DNA of 64,000 nt from Octopus sinensis (GCF_006345805.1 NC_043008.1:78926001-78990000), one strand, 5' to 3'; positions 50,521-64,000 are shown, numbered from the stretch's first letter. Notes: generated from the sequence alone by a model not told the origin. Numbers and translations: made by a program.

Positions 50521-50990
50521 ATAGATGAAGAGAATGAATTAACGATTAAAAAACAAGAGAATTTCTTAGCTTATCGGCTGGACATTACGCGCCGTGATAT
50601 GATAGTGTCAGATACCAAATCAAGAAAGCGGCTTCGGGAGGAAAGCCATGTGTTTTATAGGTTACAGCCAGGAGAGGTGACAGTGTGACTGACTTCGTCA
50701 CAAAGGAATGGAAGTCGCTGCAATGGACAATCGTGAAGTTGAATGAAAAAGCTAGCTTCACCACAAGGGAATCGAAAATCTTGTTTGGGAGGGAAGCCAC
50801 ATGTTTTATAGGCTCCAGACCAGGAGTGGTCAAAGAGTTGCTGACTTCGTCACACGTTAACCGATGTAACAGCAATGGACAATAGTGAAATTGTAAGAAA
50901 TGGTATAGTGATGTCAGGGTTACCGTTTTATTGTGGTAATATCGATTAAATGACACTATAATTTAATGAGTATGAGAGAAAGAGGGGTCA
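50520..50990 (+). repeat. Fragment of the ~330-bp satellite-like repeat
   Basis: gaatttcttagcttatcggctggacattacgcg...ggaaagccatgtgttttatagg shared with 53770..55130 and 61575..62110. Confidence 0.8.
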
Positions 50991-51234
50991 CCATCTTCTA
51001 CGTAACAACAAGAAAATGGAAATTTTCGAGACATTTGTAATGTCATAACATATTTATCAGTGGAGGTAATGCGTTAACATACAAGGTTAATTGAAGGATA
51101 GCTTATAACGTTACATGAATATGTTCTGTTTGCAATCACATGTCTTCAAGGAAGTGAGGTGAACGTGCGCGCAAGCTTGTGTGTAAATGTGGTGGCCTGA
51201 CCCAATGCATGTCAAGGAATCAACAGGCACTGAA

Positions 51235-53600
51235 TGATTTCTTTATTTGCCTATAAAGGCCTTACAAAGATATAAAAAAATACAAAGGTGGGTTGGGGAC
51301 AAACAACGGACATGCATTACAGGGTATTTGAGTCCATGCATCTGTGATTACGAATGTAGAGTTAAAATGACAGAAACGTTATGTGATTAAAAATTAATGA
51401 TATATAATTAAGAATTTTTACAAAATTTTCTTCCGGGTTTCATTTCAACCTGCTGACTTTAAACCTTTGTTTTACTTCCTATTTTTTTTTGTGGTTCGGT
51501 GGGGAGGTAGGATCGCTTCTTTCCTTTCTTCGTTTCCCTTGACCGGCTACACCAACATGGCTCCATTCATGCTCTATTTTCTTACCATGCTTATCCATCT
51601 TTTCTCATATACACTTTGAGGCAGGTACTTCCTCTCCAGACAGATTTTCCTCATGAGATGTAAGTTGAACGAGCTTTCAAACCCCTGTCCGAAGATGAAG
51701 TGACCTGTCTCAATCCTTTTGCACATGTTCTCCACACTGTCTCTTTCATTATAGCAACTACACAGAAGAAAGCAGCCTTCCTTTCCTTGTTAAAGGAGGT
51801 AGGCAGTACAATCTTAACTATGGACTCAGTCGAGAGCTGTACTCTTTCCCCATCCGACATTAGTTGTTCAACATAGGTCACCAGTCAACCACAATTCCAC
51901 ACAATGTATGAAGGCATGCACGACAGTTTTACTGACATGTCCGTACCAACATGACGGAGCCAAGGATTTCTGGAAATTATCCAGATACCTTGGCCTGATT
52001 GTCCTCTCAAACAGGCTGGCTAGTTGTTTGTTATCCAAGCCCAGAGTCTCCCGCTGGACGTTGTCAGACTTAAACTCTACAACCCTCTATAGAAATCTGC
52101 AATGGTAACCTCACTGCTGGCATTGCTCACCCAAGAGAACAGAGTGAGTGCTTGTCTGCACTCTCTCTACCATTCCCCCATCTTAGGTCTCTGCCTGATC
52201 CATGTGCCTAAGTCCCTAAGGGACTCCAATTGAGAAAAAAGCTGTTTGGCATGCGGTGACCACACCTACTCACCATCCAGGTAGCAATGAAGGTACCTCA
52301 GCCTCAACGCATACTTGCGTATCATCAGCCAAGGCATCCCCAGTCCACCTTTTAACGGTTTCTGACAGCAAATGGAATGCCTCACAAGTGATGGTTTCCC
52401 TTTCCACAAAAAGCGAAAAAGGATCCTTTTGAACCTGTTCATCCACAAACCGGGGCAAGGCATAACGGTTAAGCAGTAGGTTATCATAGATGCTATTAAC
52501 ACCTGTGTAACCTCGGCCCTCCCTAGCAAGGATACTGACCTCCCAGACCAGGTCTGGGTTTTGGCCATCACCTTACTCACCACCTCGCTCCAGTCTTTCT
52601 CCACCTGGAGGTCTGACGCAAACCAGACCCCGAGCAATTTAACCGGGCCCTCCGTCCAATGTCCGACAACGCTGTTGGAAGGCATCGACTTGCCACGCCA
52701 AGTACCAAGCTGCAAGCCGACAGATTTTTCCTGGTTAATTTTTGCCCCTGCCACCGCTTCGTATCCTTTGATGGCATCTTCTACACAAGGTAGCTGCCCG
52801 TCATCAGACACGATGATGGTGACATTATCCGCATAGATTGTTACACTTCTGCTATAACATAGAGCACGCGGGTCTCCCCCCAAAGTCCTCAATCTCCACA
52901 GCAGCTGCTCAAGAGCCAGTACATATAGGAGCGGGGACAGGGAATAGCCCTGACAAACCAAACGTTCAATTGCAAACAGGCTCGAGAGGAACCCATTCAC
53001 CTGGACAGCAGATTCGATGTTACAATACAAAGCTTGGAAGGTCAGGCCCAGTCCAACCGTCACCAGATACCGATGGTCAACCCTATTGAATGCCTTAGAC
53101 TGGTCCAAATTCACTAGTGCCCCACCTTTGCCAACCCTCTCTATGGTGTAGCAAATGAGATGAAGGTTGTCGAATATCGTCCTTCCTGGGATGGCACATG
53201 TCTGCTCCTCTTTCACCAGGTCTCCAATGACAATCCTCATTCTCCTTGCTAACACCTTGGCCAAAATCTTTAACTCTGTGTTTAGCAGAGTTATGGACCT
53301 AAAATTATTTATGTTATCCCCCTTGCTCGAGTCCTTTATGATCAGTGTCACAACTCCTTGGCTCACAGATTTGGGAATTCTCCCATTCTGCTGCCAATTC
53401 GCGTAAACACCGGCCAGTATGTTCCCAAACAAGTGTGGCATACTTTTATAAAATTCATGGGTCTCTCAGAAAGTACCACTTTTACCTCCTCAGCCATTAT
53501 AGGCCATTCACAGCACTCAGTATCTCACACCAAAAGATGCAGGCCGCCGGCCAGGAAATCTCGTAGGGCATTCCCATCTAACAGACACTGAATGGCGCGA
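51235..53600 (-). mobile_element. 5'-truncated L1/Tx1-clade LINE (RT + C-terminus + 3' UTR)
   Basis: ORF 52266..53441: EQTCAIPGRTIFDNL, NLDQSKAFNRVDH, QGYSLSPLLYVLALE, YADN, GAKIN.EKS, LFRFLW; aataaa near 51240 on the minus strand. Confidence 0.88.
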
Positions 53601-53769
53601 ATTTAGAAATTCCTTCCTTTATATAAGGGATAAACCAAAAGTACCCAACTTCCTCATAAACAAAAAGCTTCCAGAATGTTCAAGAACTTTCTAGAAGCTC
53701 ACGGGAGATTACTCTCGTTAAATCTCTTTTCCGTTTTGCCTCCTAACGTTACCGCCAGAGCTCACTACA

Positions 53770-55130
53770 ATGGCTAGCTTCGACAGGTGGGAATCAAAAT
53801 CCTCAACAACGTTTTGCATGTTAATAATATAAATAAGGCGAAAGTAAACAATGATGAAATGGGAGTACAGACTAGCTTGGCATTAAGCTTACGGGTTAAT
53901 TTAACTTAGGGTTGTTTTGCATGTTAATAATACAAGTCAAATAAGTGAAGAGAATGAGGACCGATTAAGAAGCGTTAGAATTTATTTCATCGGCTTGATC
54001 TTACGCGTCGTGATATGATGTTTTATAGGTTACAGACCAAGAGTGGTCAAACAGTGGCTGACTTCATCAGCAATGGACAATCGTAAAATTGAAGGAATTG
54101 GCTAGCTTCGCCAGAAGAGAATCGAAAATCTCAAGAATGTCTTGTATGCTGATAATACAATTAAGATGAAAGTAAACAATGATGAAATGGAAGTACAGTC
54201 TCTAGCTTTGCATTCAGCTTACAAGTTAATTTAACTCAGAATTGTTTTGCATGTTAGTAATCCATGTTAAATAAATGAAAAGAATGAGGAACAATTAAAA
54301 TGCGAGAGAATTTCTTAGCATATCGTCTGGACAATACACGTCGTGATATAACAGTGTCAGATAGCAAAAGATGACGGTTTGGGAGTAAAGCCATGTATTT
54401 TATAGGCTACAGACCAGGAGTGGTCAATGAGTGGCTGACTTCGTCACAAAGGAATTGAGATAGCAGCAATGGACAATCATGAAATTGAAGGAAATGGCAA
54501 ACTTCATGAGAAGGGAACCGAAAAACTCAAGAACGTTCAGCATGTTAATACTACAATTAAGAATAAAATAAATAATGATGAAATAGGAGTACAGGTTAAC
54601 TTGGCGTTCAACTTACTAGTTAATTTAACTCAGAAGAGTAAAGTGTTGGGAGGGAAGCCATGTGTTTTATAGGCTGCAGACCAGGAGTAGTCAAAGAGTG
54701 GCTGACTTTGTCACAAGGGAATGGAAGTAGCTGCAATGGACAATTGCAAAATTGAAGGAAATGGGTAGCTTTGCCACAAGGGAACCGAAAAACTCACGAA
54801 CGTTCAGTATGTTAATAATACAATTAAGATGAAAATAAACAATGATGAAATGGGAATGCAGGCTAGCTCGACATTAAGCTTATGAGTTCATTTAAGTGAG
54901 GATTGTTTTGCATTTTAGTAATAGAAGTTAAATAGATGAAGAGAATGATGAGCGATTAAAAAACAAGAGAATTTATTAGCTTATTGGCTGGACATTACGC
55001 GTCGTCATATAATGGTATCAAATAACAAATCAAGAAAGTGGCGTTGGGAGGAAAGCTATGTGTTTTATAGGTTACAGATAGGAGCGATCAAAAAGTGGCT
55101 GACTTCGTCACAAGAGAACCGAGAAACGGT
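53770..55130 (+). repeat. Degenerate tandem repeat, ~330-bp unit, ~4 copies
   Basis: Anchor gaattt at 53978, 54308, 54969 (330 and 661 bp spacing); the same unit recurs at 61658 and 61988. Confidence 0.85.
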
Positions 55131-55297
55131 TAAACTAAAGCGTTTGACCTGAGCAAAAAAAAAAGAAAAGAAAAATAGTGTAATAGGTGTAAAACAACTT
55201 GCGGATCTTTTCCTTTTGAACAGCACTTTGTAACAATTTCTAGGTAACTAAAATGTTTTAAACTTCGTATACTGGTAGAATGTGTTTATAAAACATC

Positions 55298-56129
55298 GGA
55301 TCTTTTTGGTTTGAACGGCAGTTTTTAACATAATTTCTAGGTAACTAAAAAATTTTAAACTTCGTATACTGGTAGAATGTGTTTATAAAATATCATTTTC
55401 TCTTGGCTTTATTGAGAAAATTCTATAGTTTGTAAGATATTTCGTCTGAAATTACTTGCATTTCGGCAATTTTAACCAATCACTGGAGTCCATTTAGGTA
55501 AATAACATTCTGTGCATAATGAATATGTCCCTCGTTTAAGAAACAGATTGGGTTTATTTACATTTGTGAAGAAAAAAAGATACCCTTCCCCAACCCCTAA
55601 CCCTAACTCACCCTAACTCTAACCCTAAATCTAAAATAGATTGAAATGCAATAGATCGATACTAGGGCCATAATTATGGGTGACATTTTCATTTGACACC
55701 GCTAGAAAAAATCCCATTTTCCGTAGCGGTGTTGTATGAAATTGTCACCCATAATTATAACCCTAGTATCGATCTATTGCATTTCAATCTATTTTAGATT
55801 TAGGGTTAGAGTTAGGGTTAGTTAGGGTTAGGGGTTGGGGAAGGGTATCTTTTTTTCTTCACAAATGTAAATAAACCCAATCTGTTTCTTAAACGAGGGA
55901 CATATTCATTATGCACAGAATGTTATTTACCTAAATGGACTCCAGTGATTGGTTAAAATTGCCGAAATGCAAGTAATTTCAGACGAAATATCTTACAACT
56001 ATAGAATTTTCTCAATAAAGCCAAGAGAAAATGATGTTTTATAAACACATTCTACCAGTATACGAAGTTTAAAACTTTTTAGTTACCTAGAAATTATGTT
56101 ACAAAGTGCTGTTCAAAAGGAAAAGATCC
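55298..56129. mobile_element. ~830-bp palindromic non-autonomous element with internal telomere-type repeats
   Basis: ggatctttt...gaaaagatcc ends; ~400-bp arms; (CCCTAA)-like at 55595..55634 and (TTAGGG)-like at 55796..55833; extra partial arm at 55203..55296. Confidence 0.85.
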
Positions 56130-56957
56130 CAACTTGCTCTAAACGTATATGAAAAAAAGAATGTGTACTCGTGAAAGGGGGTGGAGGAGAGGACTCGGAA
56201 AATTCACATCGTAGTCACCTCACCAAAGCCAAGAAACAAAAGAAAAATAGTGTAATAGATGTAAAACAACTTGCTTTAAACGTATATGGAAAAAAAAAAA
56301 AGACCATGGCCTTTGAACTATAGTGTTTGACCCGAGCCCCCCCCCCCCCCAAGAAAAGAAAAATAGTGTAATTGGTGTAAAACAATTTGAAGAGTAGGGG
56401 TTTGTAAGCCATTCAAGAAAGAACACACACACACACAAAACAAAAAACAAAGAGAAACAGTTGGTTTCATTTCAATCTCGATATTTTTGTCGCTTTGAAA
56501 CCGAGACTTGTTCACTGACAAAACAGATGCAGCACGAGTTTTTGTCAGAGTTTCGCCATGGTTTCAAAGAATGAAAATATTTAGACACAAACGAAATTTA
56601 AATTTTGCAGTGAAAGTAACAGCTTTTGTTGTTCTGGAATTGCTTACAAATATTTTACACCCTGCAAATTCACTTAAATATTCAACCTTACTCTGCCCCT
56701 ATTTACAAAACTTTCCACTCTTTTAACTTTTTTTTTATTACTCTTTATACAGACAGTTCGAATTCTCTCCCCATCCCCCTTTCGCGAGTGCACATTTTTT
56801 TTCATATTCGTTTAGAGCAAGTTGTTTTACACTTATTACACTATTCTTTTTTGTTTTTTTTTGCTCGGGTCAAAACGCTTGGCGATAAACTTACGAAGTT
56901 AATTTATCTCAGGTTTGTTTTGAATGCTAATAAAACAAATTAAATAAATGAAGAGAA

Positions 56958-57790
56958 GGATCTTTTCGGTTTGAACGGCAGTTTTTAACATAATTTCTAG
57001 GTAACTAAAAAATTTTAAACTTCGTATACTGGTAGAATGTGTTTATAAAATATCATTTTCTCTTGGCTTTATTGAGAAAATTCTATAGTTTGTAAGATAT
57101 TTCGTCTGAAATTACTTGCATTTCGGCAATTTTAACCAATCACTGGAGTCCATTTAGGTAAATAACATTCTGTGCATAATGAATATGTCCCTCGTTTAAG
57201 AAACAGATTGGGTTTATTTACATTTGTGAAGAAAAAAAGATACCCTTCCCCAACCCCTAACCCTAACTCACCCTAACTCTAACCCTAAATCTAAAATAGA
57301 TTGAAATGCAATAGATCGATACTAGGGCCATAATTATGGGTGACATTTTCATTTGACACCGCTAGAAAAAATCCCATTTTCCGTAGCGGTGTTGTATGAA
57401 ATTGTCACCCATAATTATAACCCTAGTATCGATCTATTGCATTTCAATCTATTTTAGATTTAGGGTTAGAGTTAGGGTTAGTTAGGGTTAGGGGTTGGGG
57501 AAGGGTATCTTTTTTTCTTCACAAATGTAAATAAACCCAATCTGTTTCTTAAACGAGGGACATATTCATTATGCACAGAATGTTATTTACCTAAATGGAC
57601 TCCAGTGATTGGTTAAAATTGCCGAAATGCAAGTAATTTCAGACGAAATATCTTACAAACTATAGAATTTTCTCAATAAAGCCAAGAGAAAATGATGTTT
57701 TATAAACACATTCTACCAGTATACGAAGTTTAAAACTTTTTAGTTACCTAGAAATTATGTTACAAAGTGCTGTTCAAAAGGAAAAGATCC
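56958..57790. mobile_element. Second copy of the palindromic telomere-repeat element
   Basis: Duplicate of 55298..56129. Confidence 0.85.
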
Positions 57791-58924
57791 CAACTTGCTC
57801 TAAACGTATATGAAAAAAAGAATGTGTACTCGTGAAAGGGGGTGGAGGAGAGGACTCGGAAAATTCACATCGTAGTCACCTCACCAAAGCCAAGAAACAA
57901 AAGAAAAATAGTGTAATAGATGTAAAACAACTTGCTTTAAACGTATATGGAAAAAAAAAAAAGACCATGGCCTTTGAACTATAGTGTTTGACCCGAGCCC
58001 CCCCCCCCCCCCAAGAAAAGAAAAAATAGTGTAATTGGTGTAAAACAATTTGAAGAGTAGGGGTTTGTAAGCCATTCAAGAAAGAACACACACACACACA
58101 AAACAAAAAACAAAGAGAAACAGTTGGTTTCATTTCAATCTCGATATTTTTGTCGCTTTGAAACCGAGACTTGTTCACTGACAAAACAGATGCAGCACGA
58201 GTTTTTGTCAGAGTTTCGCCATGGTTTCAAAGAATGAAAATATTTAGACACAAACGAAATTTAAATTTTGCAGTGAAAGTAACAGCTTTTGTTGTTCTGG
58301 AATTGCTTACAAATATTTTACACCCTGCAAATTCACTTAAATATTCAACCTTACTCTGCCCCTATTTACAAAACTTTCCACTCTTTTAACTTTTTTTTTA
58401 TTACTCTTTATACAGACAGTTCGAATTCTCTCCCCATCCCCCTTTCGCGAGTGCACATTTTTTTTCATATTCGTTTAGAGCAAGTTGTTTTACACTTATT
58501 ACACTATTCTTTTTTGTTTTTTTTTGCTCGGGTCAAAACGCTTGGCGATAAACTTACGAAGTTAATTTATCTCAGGTTTGTTTTGAATGCTAATAAAACA
58601 AATTAAATAAATGAAGAGAAGGATCTTTTCGGTTTGAACGGCAGTTTTTAACATAATTTCTAGGTAACTAAAAAATTTTAAACTTCGTATACTAGTAGAA
58701 TGTATTTATAAAACATCATTTTCTCTTGGCTTTCTTGAGAAAATTCTGTAGTTTGTAACATATTTCGTCTTTAATTTCTTGCATTTCGGCAATTTCAACC
58801 AATCAATGACTATCTATTGAGGTGAAAGCATTCTGTACATTGTGAATATGTCCCTCGTTTAAGAAACAGATTGGGTTTATTTACATTTGTGAAGAAAAAA
58901 AGATACCCTTCTCCCACCCCTAAC

Positions 58925-61482
58925 CATATCGGTTCAACCGACTCCCATTTGGATTGAAGGTGAGCCAAGATGTTTTCCAGCGCCAAATAGATGAGACATA
59001 CCAAGGCTGCAAGGGAGCAATTGGAATAGCAGATGACATCCAAGTGCATGGCAAGGATGAGACCACACATGACTTCAATTTACATGAAGCTATGGAAAAA
59101 ACCCGACAAGCAGGCATCAAACTCAATGCAGACAAGTGTGTGATAAAAGCAAAGGAGTGCAAATTCTTTGGAATTATATACTCTGCAGAGGGAGTTAAGC
59201 CAGACCCCGCTAAAGTGGAAGCCATCAGAGATATTAAAGATCCTAAAGACAGGAAGGAACTCAGGAGCTTCCTGGGACTCATCAACTACATGGGAGCCTT
59301 CATACCCAAGCTGGCCGATCACACTGCAAATCTCCGAGAGCTAAACAGAGATGACGTAGAGTCTGATTGGTGTGCTTCACACACACAGGATTTCAACACA
59401 ATCAAAAAGCTCATCAGTAAGGAGACAACTCTGCAATACTATGACAGACGGAAACCAGTAACACTCCAAGTCGATGCTTCTAGGAGAGGAGTTGGCGCAG
59501 CACTGATACAGGAAGGTAAACCCATTGCATTTGCCTCGAAAGCTCTCTCACCCACAGAGACAAGGTACGCGAATATTGAAAGGGAACTCCTGGCAGTAGT
59601 ATATGGATGCGAAAAGTTCCATACATACCTGTATGGCAGACACTTCAATATAGAAACAGACCATCGCCCGCTAGAACAAATACACAAGAAAAACCTCATG
59701 AAAGCACCAGCCAGACTGCAAAGATTACTGCTAAGGCTTCAAACATATGACTATGATATCGGGTACAAGCCAGGAAAAGAAATGATATTGGCGGATGCTC
59801 TTTCCAGACTATCCTCACATGATAAACAGGAGATGGAAGGACTGAGCATAAAGGTGCACCACATTGTAAATGTGACAACCACAAAGATAGCGGAAATCAA
59901 AGAGGAGACCAGCAAAGATGAAGAACTCCAGCTCCTTACTCAGATGGTGATTCAGGGGTGGCCAGAAAAGAGACATCAGGTGCAACCCCTGATTCGTGAA
60001 TATTGGGCCATCCATGATGATATATCAGTGGAGAATGGGATCCTGATGGCTGGATCCCGAATCATTATACCCAAGTCAATGCAAGAAGAGATTCTTGACA
60101 AGATCCACCAAGGGCATCTAGGAATGGAAAAATGCAAGCTCCGAGCCAAGTCAGCAGTATATTGGGTAGGCATGTACAAAGACATAGAAAAGACAGTTTC
60201 TACATGCCGCATCTGCCAAAAGTACAGAACCTCACAACAAAAGGAGGAAATTATATCTAGTGACATCCCAAGAAGGCTATGGCAAACTATTGGAGTAGAT
60301 CTATTCACAGAGGGCCAAGAATAGTATTTAATAATGGCCTGCTACTACTCCAAATTTCTATTTGTGAGAAAATTGAAAGACCTGACAGCCAAAGCAATCA
60401 CTACAGTGGCCCGAGGACTCCTAGCAGAGCAAGGAATACCAGAGCAGATCATATGTGACAATGGAACCCAGTTCACGTCACAAGAATTCAAAAAGCTAGC
60501 CGATGAGTATGGGTTCAATATTAAAACTTCATCTCCACACTATCCCAAAGGCCATGGGTTTATAGAAAGACAGGTGCAGACAGTGAAGAGAACACTAGTC
60601 AAATGCCGAGAAACTAAGGAAGACCCACACCTGGCACTTCTGTCCCTACGAGCGACACCACTGAGAGCTGATATGAAATCCCCAACAGAATTGCTGAATG
60701 GCAGGAAGTATAAAACTACCCTGCCAATTAAGATCCAACCTCCTATTGACCAGGAAGAAACAAGGGCAAAGCTAGCAGCCACTCAAGAACAATCACAGAA
60801 GTATTACAATAAACATGCACAATGTTTACCTGAGATGCTTGGAGGACAACATGTGCATACTCAAGATCCCATAACTAAAACATGGATCCCAGCAAAGGTT
60901 GTCAGTAGAGCTGAAACTCCAAGATCATATATAATAGAAACAGAATCTGGTAGGCAGCTGAAACGCAACAGGGCCCACATCCGCCCAACACCAGAGCTGC
61001 CGAGGAAAACGTGTACAACACCTGCTGCATTGGTGACAACACCCACAGAATCATCACCCCAACGTGTGCAAACCACAAATCAGCAGCCCAACAACACAAC
61101 TCAGACACCGGAGCGAAGCAGAAGATCCACCAGATGGAGAAAGAACATTCTGCCACCGGTTCGATACCGCTAAAGAAAAAAAAAAATGATGACAATCCAT
61201 AGAGCAAGGGAGACTACTCATAGTTGTCTTCACTGCCAAGAGGCCCCTTTATTTTTTTCAAGAAGGGATGTTACACATTCATATGTGTGTGTTTGCAAAT
61301 GCCAAACTACTCCCTACTCTTGGCACTATTTGTTAGTGAACAGTACAAACTGTAAGTAAAGTATATAATGTATTACTACGCTGTAGTCGTCCGTGTATCA
61401 TGAATAGTAAATAAAACACGCAAATAATAACATGGTTTTCAACTGGTTATCTTTCCCATTAGAACCCAAACTACACATAACA
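58925..61482 (+). mobile_element. pol: 5'-truncated Ty3/Gypsy (Mag-like) pol + 3' LTR, nested in a third palindromic-element copy
   Basis: RT (RLPFGL, IADD), RNase H (VDAS, YANIERELLA, ETDHRPL), integrase (HQGH...C..C, DLF, DNG, GFIER); one TAG at 60322..60324; PPT agaaggga; LTR 61269..61482 TGTTA...TAACA; host arms at 58621..58924 and 61483..61570. Confidence 0.92.
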
Positions 61483-61574
61483 TAAACACATTCTACCAGT
61501 ATACAAAGTTTAAAAGTGTTTAGTTACAAAGAAATTAATTTAACAATCTGCCGGTCAATGCGAAAAGATCCGTT

Positions 61575-62110
61575 TATTTAACTCAGGGTTGTTTGGCAAA
61601 TTAGGAATACAACTTAAATAAATGAAGAAGACAATAATGAACGATTAAAATTCTGGTGAATTTGTTGGCTTATCGGCTGGATATTACGCGTTGCGATATG
61701 ATGGTGTGAGATAGCACAGCAAGAAAGAGGGTTTGAGAAGAAAGTCATGTGTTTTATAGGCTGCAGAGCAACAATGGTCAATCGTGAAATTGAAGGAAAT
61801 GGCTAGGTTCGTCATAAGGGAACTGAAAAACTCAAGAACGTTTAGTATGTTAATAATACAGTTAAGATGAAAGTAAACAATGATGAAATGGGAGTACGGG
61901 CTAGCTTCGCGTTAAACTTACGAAGTTTATTTAACTCAGGATTGGTTTGCCTGTTAAAGATACGAAGACGACGATGAATATGTGAGAGAATTTCTTGGCT
62001 TATCGTCTGGATATTACGCGTCGTGATATGATGGTGTTAGATAGTACAGCAAGAAAGAGGGAGTGGAAAGCCATGTGTTTTATAGGCTACAAACCAGGAG
62101 TGGTCAAAGA
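61575..62110 (+). repeat. ~330-bp satellite-like repeat, ~1.6 copies
   Basis: Same unit as 53770..55130. Confidence 0.8.
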
Positions 62111-63254
62111 GGGATCTTTTCAATATCGTGGCCAGGACCCCAGATCTTTCTAGTTAACTAAATAATTTGAAACTTCGTGTACTCATAGAGTGTCTCAAGA
62201 CAAGACACTAGTTGAAACTAGTTTATTTGAGAAAAATCTATTTTATGACTTTAATCGTAGATTAAAACTGCGAATTTTAGCCAATCGTATTGTCTGTATT
62301 TATGTGAACTTATTATCTGCGTAGTGTTATCTGTGACGTAGAAAGCAATTTGTCAAAATGTAAACATTGCTTTATCGTAATCGTACACAGTTTTTCAGTT
62401 CCCTAGAATTATATTTGAAACAAAATAAAAAGAAAAAGATTCATACACATAAATATCCGTCCTTAGACATCATAAAGATTAGAAATGCAACAAAAATTTA
62501 AAATACCGGATTTTTACCTTTTGAACTTCGTGGAGTATATATAAAATTTGTGTAGATCCTGAGTATATATAAAATGAGTGTTTAAATTATTTTCCATTGT
62601 TTGCCTTGGTTATGCTTATATTTATTTTTATACACACACACACACATGTATACAAACATATGCATATATATATATATACACCTATACACACATATTCTAA
62701 TGCATATGCATATATGTGTATATATTTATAATGTGTGTGTATTATAGATGCATGAATTATATATATTTATAAAAGATGTTTGCATACAATATATATATAT
62801 GTTATATACATCTACATGTATATGTATGTATGAATATATAAGTACCACAGAATTTGAATCAAACTGTTTTGATCCATACATACATACATACACACACACA
62901 CACATACATACATACACACATACTAAAATTACATCGTTGGAGCAGTAATTTATTTATGTATTTTTTGTTATACAATTTATTTTTAAGCTGAATCCCTATC
63001 CTGAAATTAACCCCTTTCTTATAAAATATTTGAAGAATCTGGGGTGTAGGAATTGGGACAGTATTGGAACTTTTAACTTCTTGCTCTCTATCTTATGATC
63101 TCCGAAATTTAAGAATCTTGTGTTAACTGGGCTCTTATTATTTACTCTGACTCTGCCACCACCTCAATGCAAATACTATCAATATCAGAATCATCTTCAC
63201 AACTACCACTACAACCATTACTACAACCTCCAATGCCACCACCACAACCCCAAG

Positions 63255-63520
63255 ACCAGGGGTGGGTCAATATAGTTGACATTATTTCCTCCTATAAAAT
63301 TTTTGGCTATGTACCTTTGTTAAAAATTCTTATTTGTATTAATATAAAGTGCGAGCAAGAGAACATCTGTAGGCTTTCCTAAACTGTTAATGTGAATGTA
63401 GATGATGTCTTTTTTCAACTTTTGTAAATTAATGTCTGATGAGAATGTGATTCCATGTAGAAGCTGCCATTCTGGAGATAAATGATTGGCTAAAATATTT
63501 AGTAAAAGGGTTCTAGCTGT
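63255..63520 (-). mobile_element. Possible very old hAT transposon 3' remnant
   Basis: Broken minus-strand frame ending ...RMAAST...KRHHLHSH*, like hAT C-termini, and caggggtggg near 63258, like a hAT TIR. Confidence 0.3.
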
Positions 63521-64000
63521 GAGACATGTTAAAGATGATGATGTGGGCTCAGTTTGATATAGTTTACAGCTTACTAATTCACAGGAGTAGTAGTGGGTGT
63601 TAGGATTTTTTTTCCCATGTTTTATTTGAACAATTTGGCTGGATAAAGGGGGCTGTATCCTTGCCTTTTGCATTCCTTCTGAGACAAGAGCTGTGCCTTC
63701 AAAACTGGTAAGATTGACGTAGTTGATCTTGAATAAAATGTGTGGATGGCTGCAGAGGAAATAACATGGACAAGGGAATTTCAGAGGGATGACAATCTGG
63801 TAAGAAAGAATTTAATGCTTAGTTTGCAGGTGAATTACATGCTACGTGATCTTCGAACCTTTTGCCGCCAGATGCTGTAACATGGTTTGTATCCAATATA
63901 GTAGTACCACCACTATTGCAATTATGGCCTGAAATATGTGGTACCAGTGTGATAAAATAAGATAATGCAGCAGCAATAACAACATAACTATCTCTTAAGA

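Larger units (their letters stand above)
55298..58620 (+). repeat. Near-identical tandem duplication, ~1.66-kb unit
   Basis: Units start at 55298 and 56958 (next family copy at 58621); differences are mostly homopolymer lengths. Confidence 0.9.

Noticed and set aside
63167-63382. Pro/Gln-rich short ORF
   Set aside because: Arises from an (ACC/ACA)-rich low-complexity tract; no other support.

Overview
Eukaryotic, very AT-rich, repeat-dominated DNA with no recognisable host gene. The repeat spectrum is most consistent with a coleoid cephalopod (Octopus-like) genome; this is my inference from recalled repeat families. The window holds three copies of one CR1/L2-group LINE family (one near full length), RTE and L1/Tx1 LINE remnants, three Ty3/Gypsy fragments plus a solo LTR, and Penelope-like element (PLE) remnants including a GIY-YIG endonuclease fragment. 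DNA transposon material includes Helitron-derived modules, a DD37D maT transposon, a Chapaev-like remnant and piggyBac-type and palindromic MITEs; SINE pieces, satellites and long (TA)n/(TG)n arrays fill the rest. The most interesting signals are: (1) several hammerhead ribozyme folds, including a non-canonical U3-A8 core in a ~360-nt non-coding, retrozyme-like element with an inverted copy; (2) a LINE whose ORF1 joins a Myb/SANT-like trihelix domain to a CCCH zinc finger, with a minisatellite 5' region, a conserved U_UUU_UUG ORF1/ORF2 overlap and a 3' stem-loop shared with a SINE in the window; (3) a ~830-bp palindromic element carrying internal telomere-type repeats. All calls were made by eye with no database searches or folding programs; coordinates may be off by a few bases where marked approximate.
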